A stretch of DNA of 64,000 nucleotides from assembly GCA_000995065.1 (NCBI GenBank), contig LBWX01000004.1, positions 14,431 to 78,430 of the forward strand, read 5' to 3'. Within the stretch, counting starts at the first letter, position 1; each line of letters opens with the position of its first letter. This document shows positions 9,135 to 22,261 of this stretch, piece after piece. Both the position numbers and the translations under genes were made by a program. The stretch is from a candidate division CPR2 bacterium GW2011_GWC2_39_35. GTDB lineage: Bacteria > Patescibacteriota > CPR2. Under the pieces are notes generated by a model that saw only the letters and a program-made list of their open reading frames with translations, did no database searches and had not been told where the DNA came from.

Positions 9135-10286
9135 TTAGTACTTTGGAGTTGCGTTGTATACCATGTAGCCAGTATATTGGTCAGCTGGCTGATATTGGTT
9201 TACTTCTAGAACAAAAGTAATTCTAACGTCAGTTCCACCATTATCTGGAACCGCTGAAGTCATAACAAGATCTGCAGTACCGTCAACCGGAGCCCACTTG
9301 TTATCAGCGCCTGCGCCCCAGTTTGGAAGAGTGGAGTCATTTGAGTGAGCGCCAATCCATCCGGAGTCTACGTTCTTGGCAGAACCAGTTGGAGTAGTCC
9401 AAACTTCTGGAGCAGTCCAGTCATCAGCCGCCGTATCAAACGGATCAATGAGGTTGCCTGCATACTGGCCGCTCATATCGTCACGCATGGTCATAGTAAC
9501 GTCGTAACCATTGTTGGCGTTAGTAATAACCTCTAAATCCTGTGCCATATAAACAGGGTCGGCAACGGCTAAGTAACCGAATGGCAAAGTGTTAAAGGTT
9601 GAAGTCTGCTCAATAGCATGAGTGTTACCGGTCTGAGCTACGTTAGAAACACCCGTTACGGTAAATCTCATGGATGGATCAACCTTTGCGGTTAAGGTAG
9701 TTTGCTCAGTAATAGTGAAGGTAATGGTTGTCTCGTCAATGTCATTAGCACTAGTCATATCAGCAACAGTGTCGGTGTTATAAGTGGTAATTCTTACATA
9801 ACAAGTACCGGCTGAGCTGTTGGTTGGATTAGGAGAACACCCAGTATTATCAGCATTTATTGGCGGATTGGTGATGTTTTGAATAGTATAAATTGGGTTG
9901 TTGGTTGCCACCAAGGCATCACCCGTAGCACTGGTAATAATCACGTTTCCCGTAGCAGCCTGCGTAAGATTGATGGCCCAGTCGCCGGCATCTAATGGGG
10001 CAGCCGGAGCAGCAAGGGTAGCAGCAGCTAGGTTAATACTGGTCGGTTTAATGGTAAGGGCAGCGTCTTTTCTAAATTCCATTTTAATACCCTTAACTGT
10101 ACCGTTGTTAGAAATTTTATAATTGAACTGATAGTTGGAAGCCGTTGCTCCCCTTGGGTCGGATAGCGTAACCTTTGCGTCGTACAAAAGGTTCCAACCG
10201 TCAGCAGCCATAGCCGGCATAGCCGTGCCAAGCGCCAAAAGCGTGGAAACTGCGTAGGTTGCGATCTTTTTGAAGCTTTTTAACAT
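9135..10286 (-). CDS. secreted protein sharing a C-terminal ~150-aa domain with ORF 4541..6499
   Basis: 383 aa; clear Sec signal (MLKSFKKIATYAVSTLLALGTAMPAMAADG); C-terminal block ...NGYDVTMTMRDDMSGQYAGNLIDPF...WTTPTGS..VDSGWIGAHSNDS...VLEVNQYQPADQYTGYMVYNATPKY aligns with the 4541..6499 C-terminus (...IEVNQNQPSDQYVGTLIYAITPTY). Confidence 0.5.
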   Translation of the reverse strand: MLKSFKKIATYAVSTLLALGTAMPAMAADGWNLLYDAKVTLSDPRGATASNYQFNYKISNNGTVKGIKMEFRKDAALTIKPTSINLAAATLAAPAAPLDAGDWAINLTQAATGNVIITSATGDALVATNNPIYTIQNITNPPINADNTGCSPNPTNSSAGTCYVRITTYNTDTVADMTSANDIDETTITFTITEQTTLTAKVDPSMRFTVTGVSNVAQTGNTHAIEQTSTFNTLPFGYLAVADPVYMAQDLEVITNANNGYDVTMTMRDDMSGQYAGNLIDPFDTAADDWTAPEVWTTPTGSAKNVDSGWIGAHSNDSTLPNWGAGADNKWAPVDGTADLVMTSAVPDNGGTDVRITFVLEVNQYQPADQYTGYMVYNATPKY

Positions 10287-10530
10287 TTTTGCTCCTTTGC
10301 ATTCTTAATGTTATTTGTTTAATAATTTTTATCTTCCACCTTTTAAATTCGGTTGAAGAATTGATTGGAAAAGAAAACACTTTTTTCTTCTCGACTCACC
10401 TCCTTTGCTAACTCTTTTAACATATTTTATTTATTTATTAATATTCTTTCAATTGATCCTTCTATTTCAATCAGGATTACCCTGAAGGACTGAAGGACAT
10501 TTAAAGGCGCTTGAGAATCAAGCTATACTT

Positions 10531-10559
10531 ATGATAATGAACCAAAAAAACCGTGTCAA
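10531..10559 (-). promoter_or_regulatory. sigma70-like promoter candidate for ORF 9135..10286
   Basis: Minus-strand reading TTGACA-cggtttttttggttcat-TATCAT (17-nt spacer), about 240 nt upstream of the start codon. Confidence 0.35.
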
Positions 10560-10644
10560 CACCTTTTTTCTATTTTTAAGGCTAAACTGAGCAAAATATT
10601 ATTTCAAAGGGCTTTTTTACCCTCCTTAAGCTATTCTTAATTTA

Positions 10645-10989
10645 TCACTTCTTTATTGGCTTCGGTTCATTAAAACCTATCAAGACCATCGCCTTAAACT
10701 GATTTATCTTTGCAACTCCCCCATCAATTGTAAACTCTCGAGGCTTTTCCTGGCCAACATCTATTATTAAAGTACCCTTTTCGAGCTTGGTAAATAATGG
10801 CGTATGTCCTGGAAGTACCGCAAAATTGCCGTTTGTTCCCGGAGCAATGATCGACTTTGCTTTCCCCTCATACAAAACATTATCCATGTTTACAACTACA
10901 ACATCGATCTCTTCGGGAATCTTAGTTTTATCTAGAGATGGTTTTTGAGGCTTAGTAGTATCTTTAGTTGTTTCTTCCTTCTTATCCAA
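10645..10989 (-). CDS. atpC: F1 ATP synthase epsilon subunit
   Basis: ...IAPGTNGNFAVLPGHTPLFTKLEKGTLIID... matches the epsilon beta-sandwich; about 20-aa Lys/Thr-rich N-terminal extension; last gene of the atp operon. Confidence 0.8.
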   Translation of the reverse strand: MDKKEETTKDTTKPQKPSLDKTKIPEEIDVVVVNMDNVLYEGKAKSIIAPGTNGNFAVLPGHTPLFTKLEKGTLIIDVGQEKPREFTIDGGVAKINQFKAMVLIGFNEPKPIKK

Positions 10990-11040
10990 TTCAATCCTTA
11001 ATTAATGTATCTATTAATATATTTAGGATTATTTAAATAC

Positions 11041-11151
11041 CAAATGACAAAATCCAAATGTCAAATGAATGTCAAATGACTTAATTTCAAATGCTTTAAA
11101 CATTTAGTCATTAGGATTTTATTTGTAATTTGACATTTGAGCTTTGACATT
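11041..11151. repeat. same inverted-repeat family, copy 2 (atpD-atpC intergenic)
   Basis: caaatgacaaaatccaaatgtcaaatgaatgtcaaatgac ... gtcattaggattttatttgtaatttgacatttgagctttgacatt. Confidence 0.6.
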
Positions 11152-11202
11152 AACGCGCCTTACATATTAGTTATCTTATAATTCATTATCTTTGAGCTTT
11201 TA

Positions 11203-12630
<1,428 letters not shown>

Positions 12631-12664
12631 TTATATTCCCCTTATATAGCTTTATTCTAAATTA

Positions 12665-12793
12665 AAATCCAAATGTCAAAGCTCAAATGCCAAATGAATG
12701 TCAAATGACTAATGACCAATTGCCCAATTATTAATTTTTTGACATTTAGTCATTAGGATTTCATTTGTAATTTGACATTTAGATTTTGACATT
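12665..12793. repeat. same inverted-repeat family, copy 3 (atpG-atpD intergenic)
   Basis: aaatccaaatgtcaaagctcaaatgccaaatgaatgtcaaatgac ... gtcattaggatttcatttgtaatttgacatttagattttgacatt. Confidence 0.6.
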
Positions 12794-12863
12794 ATCGATT
12801 TCCTTATCCTTACATTTTTGACTTGCAATTTTGCCTTTTGAATTTTGAATTATGAATTTGTCT

Positions 12864-13757
12864 TTACCAAAGAGCGCTTCCTGCAAAAACTTCGCTGATT
12901 TTTTTATCAATCATTTTTCGTCTTTGCTTATTATACTCATGATCGAGGTCCTCTAACATGGTTTTAGCATTCTCGGAAGCTGTCTGCATTCCCACCATCT
13001 GGGCTGAAAACTGAGACAATCTTGAGTCTAAAATTTGCTGCTGAAAAGCTGCGGCCCTCAGCTTTGAGGAGACATCCATAATGAGCTCTTCTATTGACGG
13101 CTCAAACAAAAACTTCACTTTTTCTTCTTCCGGAACATTTGCCTCTTCTCCCTCTTTGCTTTCGGTTGGCGGCGTTACAAGAAGAGTCTCTACCACATCT
13201 CTCGTTATGGTATTTATATATCTAGAGTAAACCATAAGGATCTTATCGTAATGCGAAAATACGCCGGCAAGCCGCAAAAGATCGGCCGCTGAAAAATTAT
13301 CGGGTATATTATATGGGTAAAATTTAAAATTATACTTCTTATTCATTAGATAATGCTCTTGGCCCTTTTTACCTACCATAAAAATATCAGCATTTTGATT
13401 TTCTCTTAAAATATGTGTCTCCAGAGCTTTAAAAATTTCACTGTTATAAGATCCGCACAAGCCCTGATTCGAAGTAATGATAATTAAAGCTTCTTTACTT
13501 TCCTTCTTCTCTTCCTTGTGTCTTTTCTTAAAAGCTCTTTTTTCCGCTCTTTCTAACTCTTCCTTGTAAAGAATCTCTCGGTAAAGTTTTAGCTCTCTTA
13601 AAATTTGAGTCGCCTCATCGACAAACCTTTTACTTTGAAGCACCTGATTTCTTAAAGACATCATTCGCATAGCGCCAATTTGCTGTAAAGCAGTTGTAAA
13701 ATCACCTACTGATCTTACAACTCCAATTTGTTCTTTAACTTCATTAATTGCTGACAT
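12864..13757 (-). CDS. atpG: F1 ATP synthase gamma subunit
   Basis: 297 aa; typical gamma N- and C-terminal helices (MSAINEVKEQIGVVRSVGDFTTALQ...; ...ISEVFAGSALW); position between atpA and atpD. Confidence 0.85.
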   Translation of the reverse strand: MSAINEVKEQIGVVRSVGDFTTALQQIGAMRMMSLRNQVLQSKRFVDEATQILRELKLYREILYKEELERAEKRAFKKRHKEEKKESKEALIIITSNQGLCGSYNSEIFKALETHILRENQNADIFMVGKKGQEHYLMNKKYNFKFYPYNIPDNFSAADLLRLAGVFSHYDKILMVYSRYINTITRDVVETLLVTPPTESKEGEEANVPEEEKVKFLFEPSIEELIMDVSSKLRAAAFQQQILDSRLSQFSAQMVGMQTASENAKTMLEDLDHEYNKQRRKMIDKKISEVFAGSALW

Positions 13758-13760
13758 AAT

Positions 13761-15512
13761 TTAACCTTGTTTCGGCGCCTCTACGGTACCAGCTTGAACT
13801 GGTTTTAGCTCTTCTTGAGGCTTGACTGCAACCTCTTTTGGCGCATTTTCCTTTTCATAAATATATTTAAAATACTTAGCGGTATCCGAATCTGTCTTGC
13901 TTAAATAACTACCGATCACAGCGTCGGCAAACGGCTTAATTTCTTCTACCGACTTTATCATGCTTAAGGAAGCACCTCTAAATTTATCGTGATTTTCGCT
14001 ATCCTTTCGATAAAACTCAATCATTTCTACCTTAAGTTTAGCCACAACCTCAACATCTATTTTGTCCACTATTCCCGTTACCACCAGATATAGCAGGAGA
14101 ACCTCTTCATCCGAACTTAAATTCACTCCCGAAAGCTGGGTAAATATTTCTAAGATTCTTTTGCCACGCCCAATCTCTCTTTCTGTTTCCTCCGATATTT
14201 CGGTATTCATAATTTCATAGGATTTAACTTCGTTATATCTGGCCAATTGACTAGCCGCAAGCTCTGCTAATTTCCTAAGCATTGGGGGCTGAATGCTGCC
14301 GCCGATACGAGACACAGACGCACCGGAATTTACCGCCGGTAAGGTGCCGCCGTGCATCATCTGAGTGTCCAAATAGATATGGCCGTCGGTAATTGACATA
14401 AGGTTGGTACAAATATATTCCGAGATATCGCCATTTTGCGTTTCTGACATCGGCAGAGCCGTTACCGAACCTCCGCTGTATTTAGAATGCAGTTTAGCAC
14501 TCCGCTCTAAAAGCCTGGAATGTAAAAAGAAAATATCGCCCGGATAAGCATCCCGACCCGGCGAACGTTTTAAAAGAAGCGACATTTGACGATATGCCTT
14601 AGCGTGTTTTGATAAATCATCGTAAATAACCAAAGCATTTTTACCGGAGTCCATGTAGTATTCAGAAAGCGCCGCTCCGGCATAAGGCGCCAGATAGTTT
14701 AAAGATGGCGGATCATCGGAACTCCCCATCACGATAGTGGTATACTCTAAGGCCCCATACTTATTTAAATATTGGACAAAAGATTTTACCTTAGCCTTCT
14801 GGGAGCCGATAGCTACATAAATACAGTGAATATCTTTGCCTTTAAGATTACAGATGATATCAGCCATAAGCCGCGTTTTTCCGGTTTTTCTGTCTCCCAC
14901 CACCAACTCTCTTTGCCCTTTTCCAACGGGGATGATGGAATCAATCACCAAAAATCCGGTTTCCAACTGATCAACAATAGGAGACCTCATATATACCCCG
15001 GGTGCCGGACGCTCTACAACCATCTGTTTTCCGCTCTTAATGGGTCCTAGGCCGTCCAAAGGCTTTCCAATGGGCGAGATTACTCTTCCTAAAACTCCAT
15101 CGCCTCCGGAAATCTTTAAGGTCTTTCTGGTAGAGATCACGAGATTGCCCTTTTTTACACCGTAATAATCACCTAAAACCACTGATTCAACCAAATTCTC
15201 CGTAATTCCTAACACCAAAACCAAAACATCGCCCGCTCCTGTTTCCACTTTTAAAACGTCGTCAATCCTAGCATTGGAAAGCCCCTCTATCTTACAAACA
15301 CCATCGCCAATATAGACGACTTCCCCAACTTCAACAATTTCCGGAGCCATTTCTTTATCCGGTAAAGAATCTTCTAGAAAATTAGTCAAGGTTGAATCCG
15401 CGCCCCTTTCTCCTCCTGTGTCCTTCCTTCTTCCTTCTTCCTTCTTCGGCTCTTTTTTCTCCGGCACCGACATATCTATATCATCTAAAAAATCTCCGAT
15501 TCCCTTATTCAT
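13761..15512 (-). CDS. atpA: F1 ATP synthase alpha subunit with ~60-aa N-terminal and ~40-aa C-terminal extensions
   Basis: 583 aa; Walker A GDRKTGKT; conserved alpha core; charged low-complexity extensions at both ends. Confidence 0.9.
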   Translation of the reverse strand: MNKGIGDFLDDIDMSVPEKKEPKKEEGRRKDTGGERGADSTLTNFLEDSLPDKEMAPEIVEVGEVVYIGDGVCKIEGLSNARIDDVLKVETGAGDVLVLVLGITENLVESVVLGDYYGVKKGNLVISTRKTLKISGGDGVLGRVISPIGKPLDGLGPIKSGKQMVVERPAPGVYMRSPIVDQLETGFLVIDSIIPVGKGQRELVVGDRKTGKTRLMADIICNLKGKDIHCIYVAIGSQKAKVKSFVQYLNKYGALEYTTIVMGSSDDPPSLNYLAPYAGAALSEYYMDSGKNALVIYDDLSKHAKAYRQMSLLLKRSPGRDAYPGDIFFLHSRLLERSAKLHSKYSGGSVTALPMSETQNGDISEYICTNLMSITDGHIYLDTQMMHGGTLPAVNSGASVSRIGGSIQPPMLRKLAELAASQLARYNEVKSYEIMNTEISEETEREIGRGKRILEIFTQLSGVNLSSDEEVLLLYLVVTGIVDKIDVEVVAKLKVEMIEFYRKDSENHDKFRGASLSMIKSVEEIKPFADAVIGSYLSKTDSDTAKYFKYIYEKENAPKEVAVKPQEELKPVQAGTVEAPKQG

Positions 15513-16059
15513 CGACGTTTCCCGATTTTACGACTGATTTTTTCCACTCTGATCCAAATTGACCGAGCTTATTCTTAAGAGAGAAATCGAGGACAAAATT
15601 ATCTTTTTTTATAATTGCGCCTCCTATTATAGTTTTATCAACCGTCACATCCAGCACAACTTTTTTCTCCATTTTTTTGGAAAGATCTTCGGTTAATTTT
15701 TTGAGATCTTTTTCTTTTATTTCTAGTGCTGCAACCAGGTTAATTAAAACAACGTCTTCGGATAAATCCTTAAAAGATTTTTCAAAATCCCCAAAATGAC
15801 CCGGTTCAAAGATCCACATATCATTTGCGCGAATCAAGCTCTGAAAATATTCTTTTAACGGCTTTGAGGAGATATTTTTTAGCTCAGAAGCGATTAAGAG
15901 CTTACGCTTCTCTAAATTATCGCCGCCATTTTTTATTACAGATTTATAATCAACCAGCTCTTTAAACGAGTGCAGCGAAAAGACAATTTCATTTAAGTCG
16001 TCTTTACTGTGGATAATTTCCATAACATCATTTACGTGTTTATCAACTGTCTTTTGCAA
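15505..16059 (-). CDS. atpH: ATP synthase delta (OSCP) subunit
   Basis: 184 aa; operon position between atpF and atpA; delta-like C-terminal pattern; 8-nt overlap with atpA. Confidence 0.65.
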   Translation of the reverse strand: MQKTVDKHVNDVMEIIHSKDDLNEIVFSLHSFKELVDYKSVIKNGGDNLEKRKLLIASELKNISSKPLKEYFQSLIRANDMWIFEPGHFGDFEKSFKDLSEDVVLINLVAALEIKEKDLKKLTEDLSKKMEKKVVLDVTVDKTIIGGAIIKKDNFVLDFSLKNKLGQFGSEWKKSVVKSGNVDE

Positions 16060-16570
16060 CCCTTACCTCCCCTTCCATATCTTTTAGCGCTTGTTCAATA
16101 AGTTTTAAATGATCTTCATAGGTAAGAGCGCTCCCCAACATTTTCTTAGTAACCCCCATTACCAAATCAACCATCTTAGTTTGAACTTCCTTTTTCTGTT
16201 CGCTCAAATACTCCTTGGCTTCTTCCTCAGCATTTTCCTCGATAATCCGAGCTCGATTCCTAGCTTCTGTAAGAATCGCTTCTTTTTCATCATCTGAAAC
16301 TGCCGAAACCTCTACTATTTGTGGTTCCTTAGATTTATTCTCTAGAATCTCTTTATGCCTTTTTTCTACCTCGACCACTATTGCTTTAAGCTTTTCTATC
16401 TCTAGTTTTTCTTTAGCTTTTCTTTCAGCAATCTGGCTCAGATATCTTTCTCGAGCTTCATCTAGTTTTTTTTGAGAAACGGACTGAAGCTCTTTTTCTC
16501 TATAAGTAAAATACAAACCTAAAGTAAATAGGCATACCGAGGTTATAAATATATTAATTAACCATTCCAC
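16043..16570 (-). CDS. atpF: ATP synthase Fo subunit b
   Basis: 175 aa; single N-terminal TM helix followed by a long Lys/Glu-rich coiled coil; position upstream of atpH. Confidence 0.7.
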   Translation of the reverse strand: MEWLINIFITSVCLFTLGLYFTYREKELQSVSQKKLDEARERYLSQIAERKAKEKLEIEKLKAIVVEVEKRHKEILENKSKEPQIVEVSAVSDDEKEAILTEARNRARIIEENAEEEAKEYLSEQKKEVQTKMVDLVMGVTKKMLGSALTYEDHLKLIEQALKDMEGEVRVAKDS

Positions 16571-16650
16571 TTACAAACCCTCCATTATCTCGCCTTAAAC
16601 TATTTTTCTATTATCTTTCTTAAATTTATCAAACAAACTACTGCTGAATA

Positions 16651-16747
16651 ACTCAAAGATCAAAGACCAAAACTCAAAAATACAAATTAAATATACAAAA
16701 ATTTTGAAATCTTTAATCTGTGTTTTTGATCTTTGATTTTTGATCTG
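16651..16747. repeat. AT-rich inverted repeat (actcaaagatcaaagaccaaaactcaaaaa / tttttgatctttgatttttgatctg) between the atpE-fusion ORF and atpF
   Basis: Arms are reverse complements over about 25 nt with a loop of about 40 nt. Confidence 0.45.
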
Positions 16748-16774
16748 TTCATACCAACATCCTTAAAAAAACTA

Positions 16775-18772
<1,998 letters not shown>

Positions 18773-18937
18773 CTGTCTTTGCACTCCTCTACATACTAAA
18801 TTCTAGCAAACTTGGAGTGCTAGCGCAAACTTAAGTTAGGAAATAGAAAGCAGTAAATAGGAAATAATTAAGATATAAAATCAATTAATCTAAGTGCTAC
18901 CGCCGCTACTTCCTATTTTCTATTTACTATTACCTGT

Positions 18938-20164
18938 TTAGCTTTGCCAATAGAACATCATGATACTAAAATCAACCAAATTAACGTTTTTGTCCTTGTT
19001 TATATCGGCATTAACGTCACCGCTACCCCAATAAAAAAGAAGAATAGAAAAGTCGATTAAATTAACCGCATTATCGCAGTTTAAATCGCCCCTGGTAATA
19101 TCACAGCCCGGGCCAGGTTCGGGCGGAGTTTCGGGCTTGATTACAAAGGTTATACTCACACTGAATAAACTTGTCGACCCAAACGGATCCTGGTTCAAGG
19201 CATTAACCGTATATATTCCAAACTCAAAATCGCTGGTATCAGCAATTGTATACGACCAATTACCATCCACATCCGGAATTGCCGTATAAGTTGTTCCGGG
19301 ATCGACATAGATATTTATTTGATAGTCAGGCACTCCCATACCAGAAATGATTAGTGGCGCACCCCTTATAACTTCCGAATTATCCAAAGAGATTGATGGC
19401 GGCAAAATAAGCCCTGAAACAGTGGTGATTTCATAAGCCCTCGTAAAGACTTCGATGGTGGTTGGAGGTATAGAACGCTCCAAGGGATCCGCACCCACAA
19501 TCTCTATTGTATGCTGAACCGGGTTTAATCCCGGAAAAACTTGAGAAAAAGCTCCTCCATTACCTGCCGTACAAGTACCGATAATTCCTCCATCCTCCAA
19601 AAAAGTTATAAACATCCCCGGAGAGGTAACGCCCATTATTCTCAAGGTTCCTACCTGTGCTTCGATCATAGCAGATACTACTACCGAACCGTCCGTCGTA
19701 GTAGCATAAATATGGGCTTCTTCTCTTAAATCAAAACCGTCCACATCCTTAGATATCCTAATGTACACATCAAATTGGTCGGGGCTGACCGGATTAAAAG
19801 CCGTCAAGCCATAAAACGTAAAATAAGCACCGGGATTAGCCGTAATCCCGGTTATTCTAACCTGTTTATCAATCACGCTATACTGCGGCACCCCACCAAA
19901 ACCAGAAGCATAAGTAGGTTCAGTTATTTGAGTAAAATAAGGCAATTCGATAAAAATCCAATCGGAAGCAATAAGAGGCTCGGATGCCATAGATATGCCA
20001 AACTTGATCTGATGGCTAGCCCAAGCCCCAACATCGCCGTTATTTATAACGTCCCTTGGATTATATAATGGATTAATCGCTGCACTCGCTTTTTCCGGAG
20101 AAAAGGAAATAAAAGTAACAGCAAACAATATCGGGATTAATACTTTTAAAGATTTTTTAATCAT
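18938..20164 (-). CDS. secreted protein with C-terminal type-I dockerin domain
   Basis: 408 aa; signal peptide; C-terminus has two Ca-binding dockerin repeats: DLNCDNAVNLIDFSILLFYW and DINKDKNVNLVDFSIMMFYW (D-x-N-x-D-x-x-V-N-x-x-D pattern). Confidence 0.55.
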   Translation of the reverse strand: MIKKSLKVLIPILFAVTFISFSPEKASAAINPLYNPRDVINNGDVGAWASHQIKFGISMASEPLIASDWIFIELPYFTQITEPTYASGFGGVPQYSVIDKQVRITGITANPGAYFTFYGLTAFNPVSPDQFDVYIRISKDVDGFDLREEAHIYATTTDGSVVVSAMIEAQVGTLRIMGVTSPGMFITFLEDGGIIGTCTAGNGGAFSQVFPGLNPVQHTIEIVGADPLERSIPPTTIEVFTRAYEITTVSGLILPPSISLDNSEVIRGAPLIISGMGVPDYQINIYVDPGTTYTAIPDVDGNWSYTIADTSDFEFGIYTVNALNQDPFGSTSLFSVSITFVIKPETPPEPGPGCDITRGDLNCDNAVNLIDFSILLFYWGSGDVNADINKDKNVNLVDFSIMMFYWQS

Positions 20165-20230
20165 AATTAATCTAGACTCTTTATAAAGAGCATATCGTAA
20201 ATATTAGGCTAAAACAACAAATAGAGGGTC

Positions 20231-21175
20231 TTACTTAGTTAAATTATGTAAGATTTTCTTTACCTTATCTCTTTTAACCACTACCAACCCAAGAACTACG
20301 ATTCCGACAGCAGTTGCGGCAGCCAATGGCTTTGGGAAAACAATGAACGACACAGAAGCTGATAACGGCTTATTCTGTTGTCCGTAAGTTGCAACTAGAG
20401 TTGCGGTATATCTGTTTGCAAGCAATCCATCATGCTTCCATTCAGTATCCATCTTTCTAATAGTATTATTTGGGAGTACGTTTAAACCGTTTAGAGGAAC
20501 TTCAGCAACTTTTCTTCCGAAAATGTCTGTTATAACAATTGTTCCTTTTGGTCTTACATGATTATTACCGGCGTTTTTAACTCTGAGGCCAAAATTAACT
20601 GGAGCTTTTTCTGAATATTTTGGAGCTGTAAATGATTCGACTGTTGTTTCTTCCTTAACGTTTCCCGAAACCCTTAACAGTACAAGTGAACCAATTCTCG
20701 ACGCAACGCTAGCACCACTTGTATTGAGGTTGCCATCGCCGCCCATACTGACCAAGATAGAAGCATAATGGCCACCTGGCTCAGCATCTTTCGGAACATT
20801 CACACGAAAATTTAAAGCTTTTTCCTCACCAGGACCGAGCGTAAGAGTTTTTACATCTGGCTCAATCCACTTAGCAAGAGAAAAAGTAGAATTTGATTGT
20901 TCCTTGTCAACCAATTCGACTCCCCCATCCTCACCTTGTGCCTTAAAATCCTCCACAACAATCTGAAATGTACTTTGAACAGAAGATTCATTTTTAACTC
21001 TTAGCTTCTCCGTTATTCCTTCGCCAGGATTAGCATACAATTCAAAATTCGGCGGAACCACGGTTATTCCCCGACTCTCAGGCCCTCCATCGGCAGCTTT
21101 AAGTAATTTTGGAGCACTAACCAAAGCAACTGATAAAATTACTCCAAGCATTACTGAAATAGTCTTTTTCATCAT
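20231..21175 (-). CDS. cell-surface protein with signal peptide and C-terminal TM anchor plus basic tail (DUF916-like architecture)
   Basis: 314 aa; MMKKTISVMLGVILSVALVSAP... signal; ends ...PLAAATAVGIVVLGLVVVKRDKVKKILHNLTK. Confidence 0.4.
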   Translation of the reverse strand: MMKKTISVMLGVILSVALVSAPKLLKAADGGPESRGITVVPPNFELYANPGEGITEKLRVKNESSVQSTFQIVVEDFKAQGEDGGVELVDKEQSNSTFSLAKWIEPDVKTLTLGPGEEKALNFRVNVPKDAEPGGHYASILVSMGGDGNLNTSGASVASRIGSLVLLRVSGNVKEETTVESFTAPKYSEKAPVNFGLRVKNAGNNHVRPKGTIVITDIFGRKVAEVPLNGLNVLPNNTIRKMDTEWKHDGLLANRYTATLVATYGQQNKPLSASVSFIVFPKPLAAATAVGIVVLGLVVVKRDKVKKILHNLTK

Positions 21176-21509
21176 TAAAACTCCTTTAAAAAGTTGTTTA
21201 TGTAATTTATTTTAAAGCCAGATGACACTAATCTATATGTATCATAGGCATAAGTTTAATAATTGTCAAATAGAAAATAATTGTTTTTCCACAATTTTCT
21301 GGCTGTTCGGCTTGTTTTTAACCATCGATACCATAAAAACCGTGGATTTTCTAATTAGCTTATCACTTTTTAAGAAAATATAAAGGACTTTTTTAAATCG
21401 AAGACTCCGGAATAAATTTACTCCAAAATCAAAAGAACCCCTATTTACGAGTGATTCTTTTTGCTTGATTATTTATTTTCGACATTAAACCATGCCTCTT
21501 GTTTCTAAC

Positions 21510-21568
21510 AGATCCACCCCTTCTGCACTAAAATTTCGAAGGGCATTTTACGCCTTGTCAGCGAAAAA
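21510..21568 (-). promoter_or_regulatory. conserved ~55-nt tRNA 3'-trailer module (hairpin + T-run), copy 1
   Basis: ccccttctgcactaaaatttcgaagggcattttacgccttgtcagcgaaaaa directly 3' of tRNA-Trp; paralogous modules follow tRNA-Thr(GGU) and tRNA-Tyr. Confidence 0.4.
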
Positions 21569-21643
21569 TGGCAGGGGCACCAGGATTCGAACCCGGACTA
21601 TTGGTTTTGGAGACCAACGTGCTACCGTTATCACTATGCCCCT
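21569..21643 (-). tRNA. tRNA-Trp (anticodon CCA), CCA end encoded
   Basis: Minus-strand cloverleaf: acceptor AGGGGCA/TGCCCCT, anticodon stem TTGGT/ACCAA with loop CTCCAAA, T-arm GGTTCGAATCC. Confidence 0.85.
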
Positions 21644-21757
21644 TTGCTAACAATTCAAAATGCAAAAATCAAAAGTCAAAATTAAATCGAAAACTATGGA
21701 TTAATAACCTTTTAATTTTTAACTGAACTTTTGACCTTTGCATTTCGACCTTTGCAT

Positions 21758-21922
21758 TTACTTAGTTTCTTTATGAGCTGTGGTTTTTCTGCAGGTAGAA
21801 CAAAACTTGCTGAGTTCTAGTCTATCGGTAGTATTCTTCTTATTCTTTGTTGTCGAATAATTTCGGTTTTTGCATTCCGCGCATGCTATTGCAATTACCG
21901 GTCTGTTTTCTTTCTTGGCCAT
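21758..21922 (-). CDS. rpmG: 50S ribosomal protein L33
   Basis: Manual translation: [54 protein letters not shown] (54 aa, four Cys zinc-ribbon); below the ORF-track size cutoff. Confidence 0.85.
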   Translation of the reverse strand: MAKKENRPVIAIACAECKNRNYSTTKNKKNTTDRLELSKFCSTCRKTTAHKETK

Positions 21923-21994
21923 TATTATTCTCCTTTTACAATAATTTTAATTTGGCTTGCCATTTGAAGACTCTGAATAGAGGCTCAGATCTTA

Positions 21995-22053
21995 ACTAAT
22001 CAGCCCTCCTACGCTAAAGCTGGAAGGGCGTTTTACGCGTTGTCGGCGTAAAA
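21995..22053 (-). promoter_or_regulatory. conserved tRNA 3'-trailer module, copy 2
   Basis: cagccctcctacgctaaagctggaagggcgttttacgcgttgtcggcgtaaaa; about 80% identical to copy 3. Confidence 0.4.
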
Positions 22054-22130
22054 TGGAGCCCAGAACGGGATTCGAACCCGTGACCTCATCCTTACCATGG
22101 ATGCGCTCTGCCAACTGAGCTATCTGGGCA
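22054..22130 (-). tRNA. tRNA-Thr (anticodon GGU)
   Basis: TGCCCAGATAGCTCAGTTGGCAGAGCGCATCCATGGTAAGGATGAGGTCACGGGTTCGAATCCCGTTCTGGGCTCCA; anticodon loop ATGGTAA. Confidence 0.85.
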
Positions 22131-22261
22131 AAGGCAAGTAACAAGGAACAGCAAACAAAAAACATTTAAAGCACTTAAAAAGCCCTTGTTTTTTGTTTAT
22201 TGCTTATTGTTAATTGTTAATGGCTTGCCATTTGAAGCCTCAAGATGAAGCTTCGTCGATT

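Noticed and set aside
10645-10989. Trimming atpC to the internal Met (MDNVLYEG)
   Set aside because: By alignment with epsilon subunits, the stretch before that Met (IPEEIDVVVV) is already part of the first beta-strand. The upstream start with a short basic extension was therefore kept.
21180-21540. Search for secE/nusG downstream of tRNA-Trp and rpmG (their usual position)
   Set aside because: No ORF with a plausible start or TM helix is present. The region is non-coding, so these genes must lie elsewhere in the genome.
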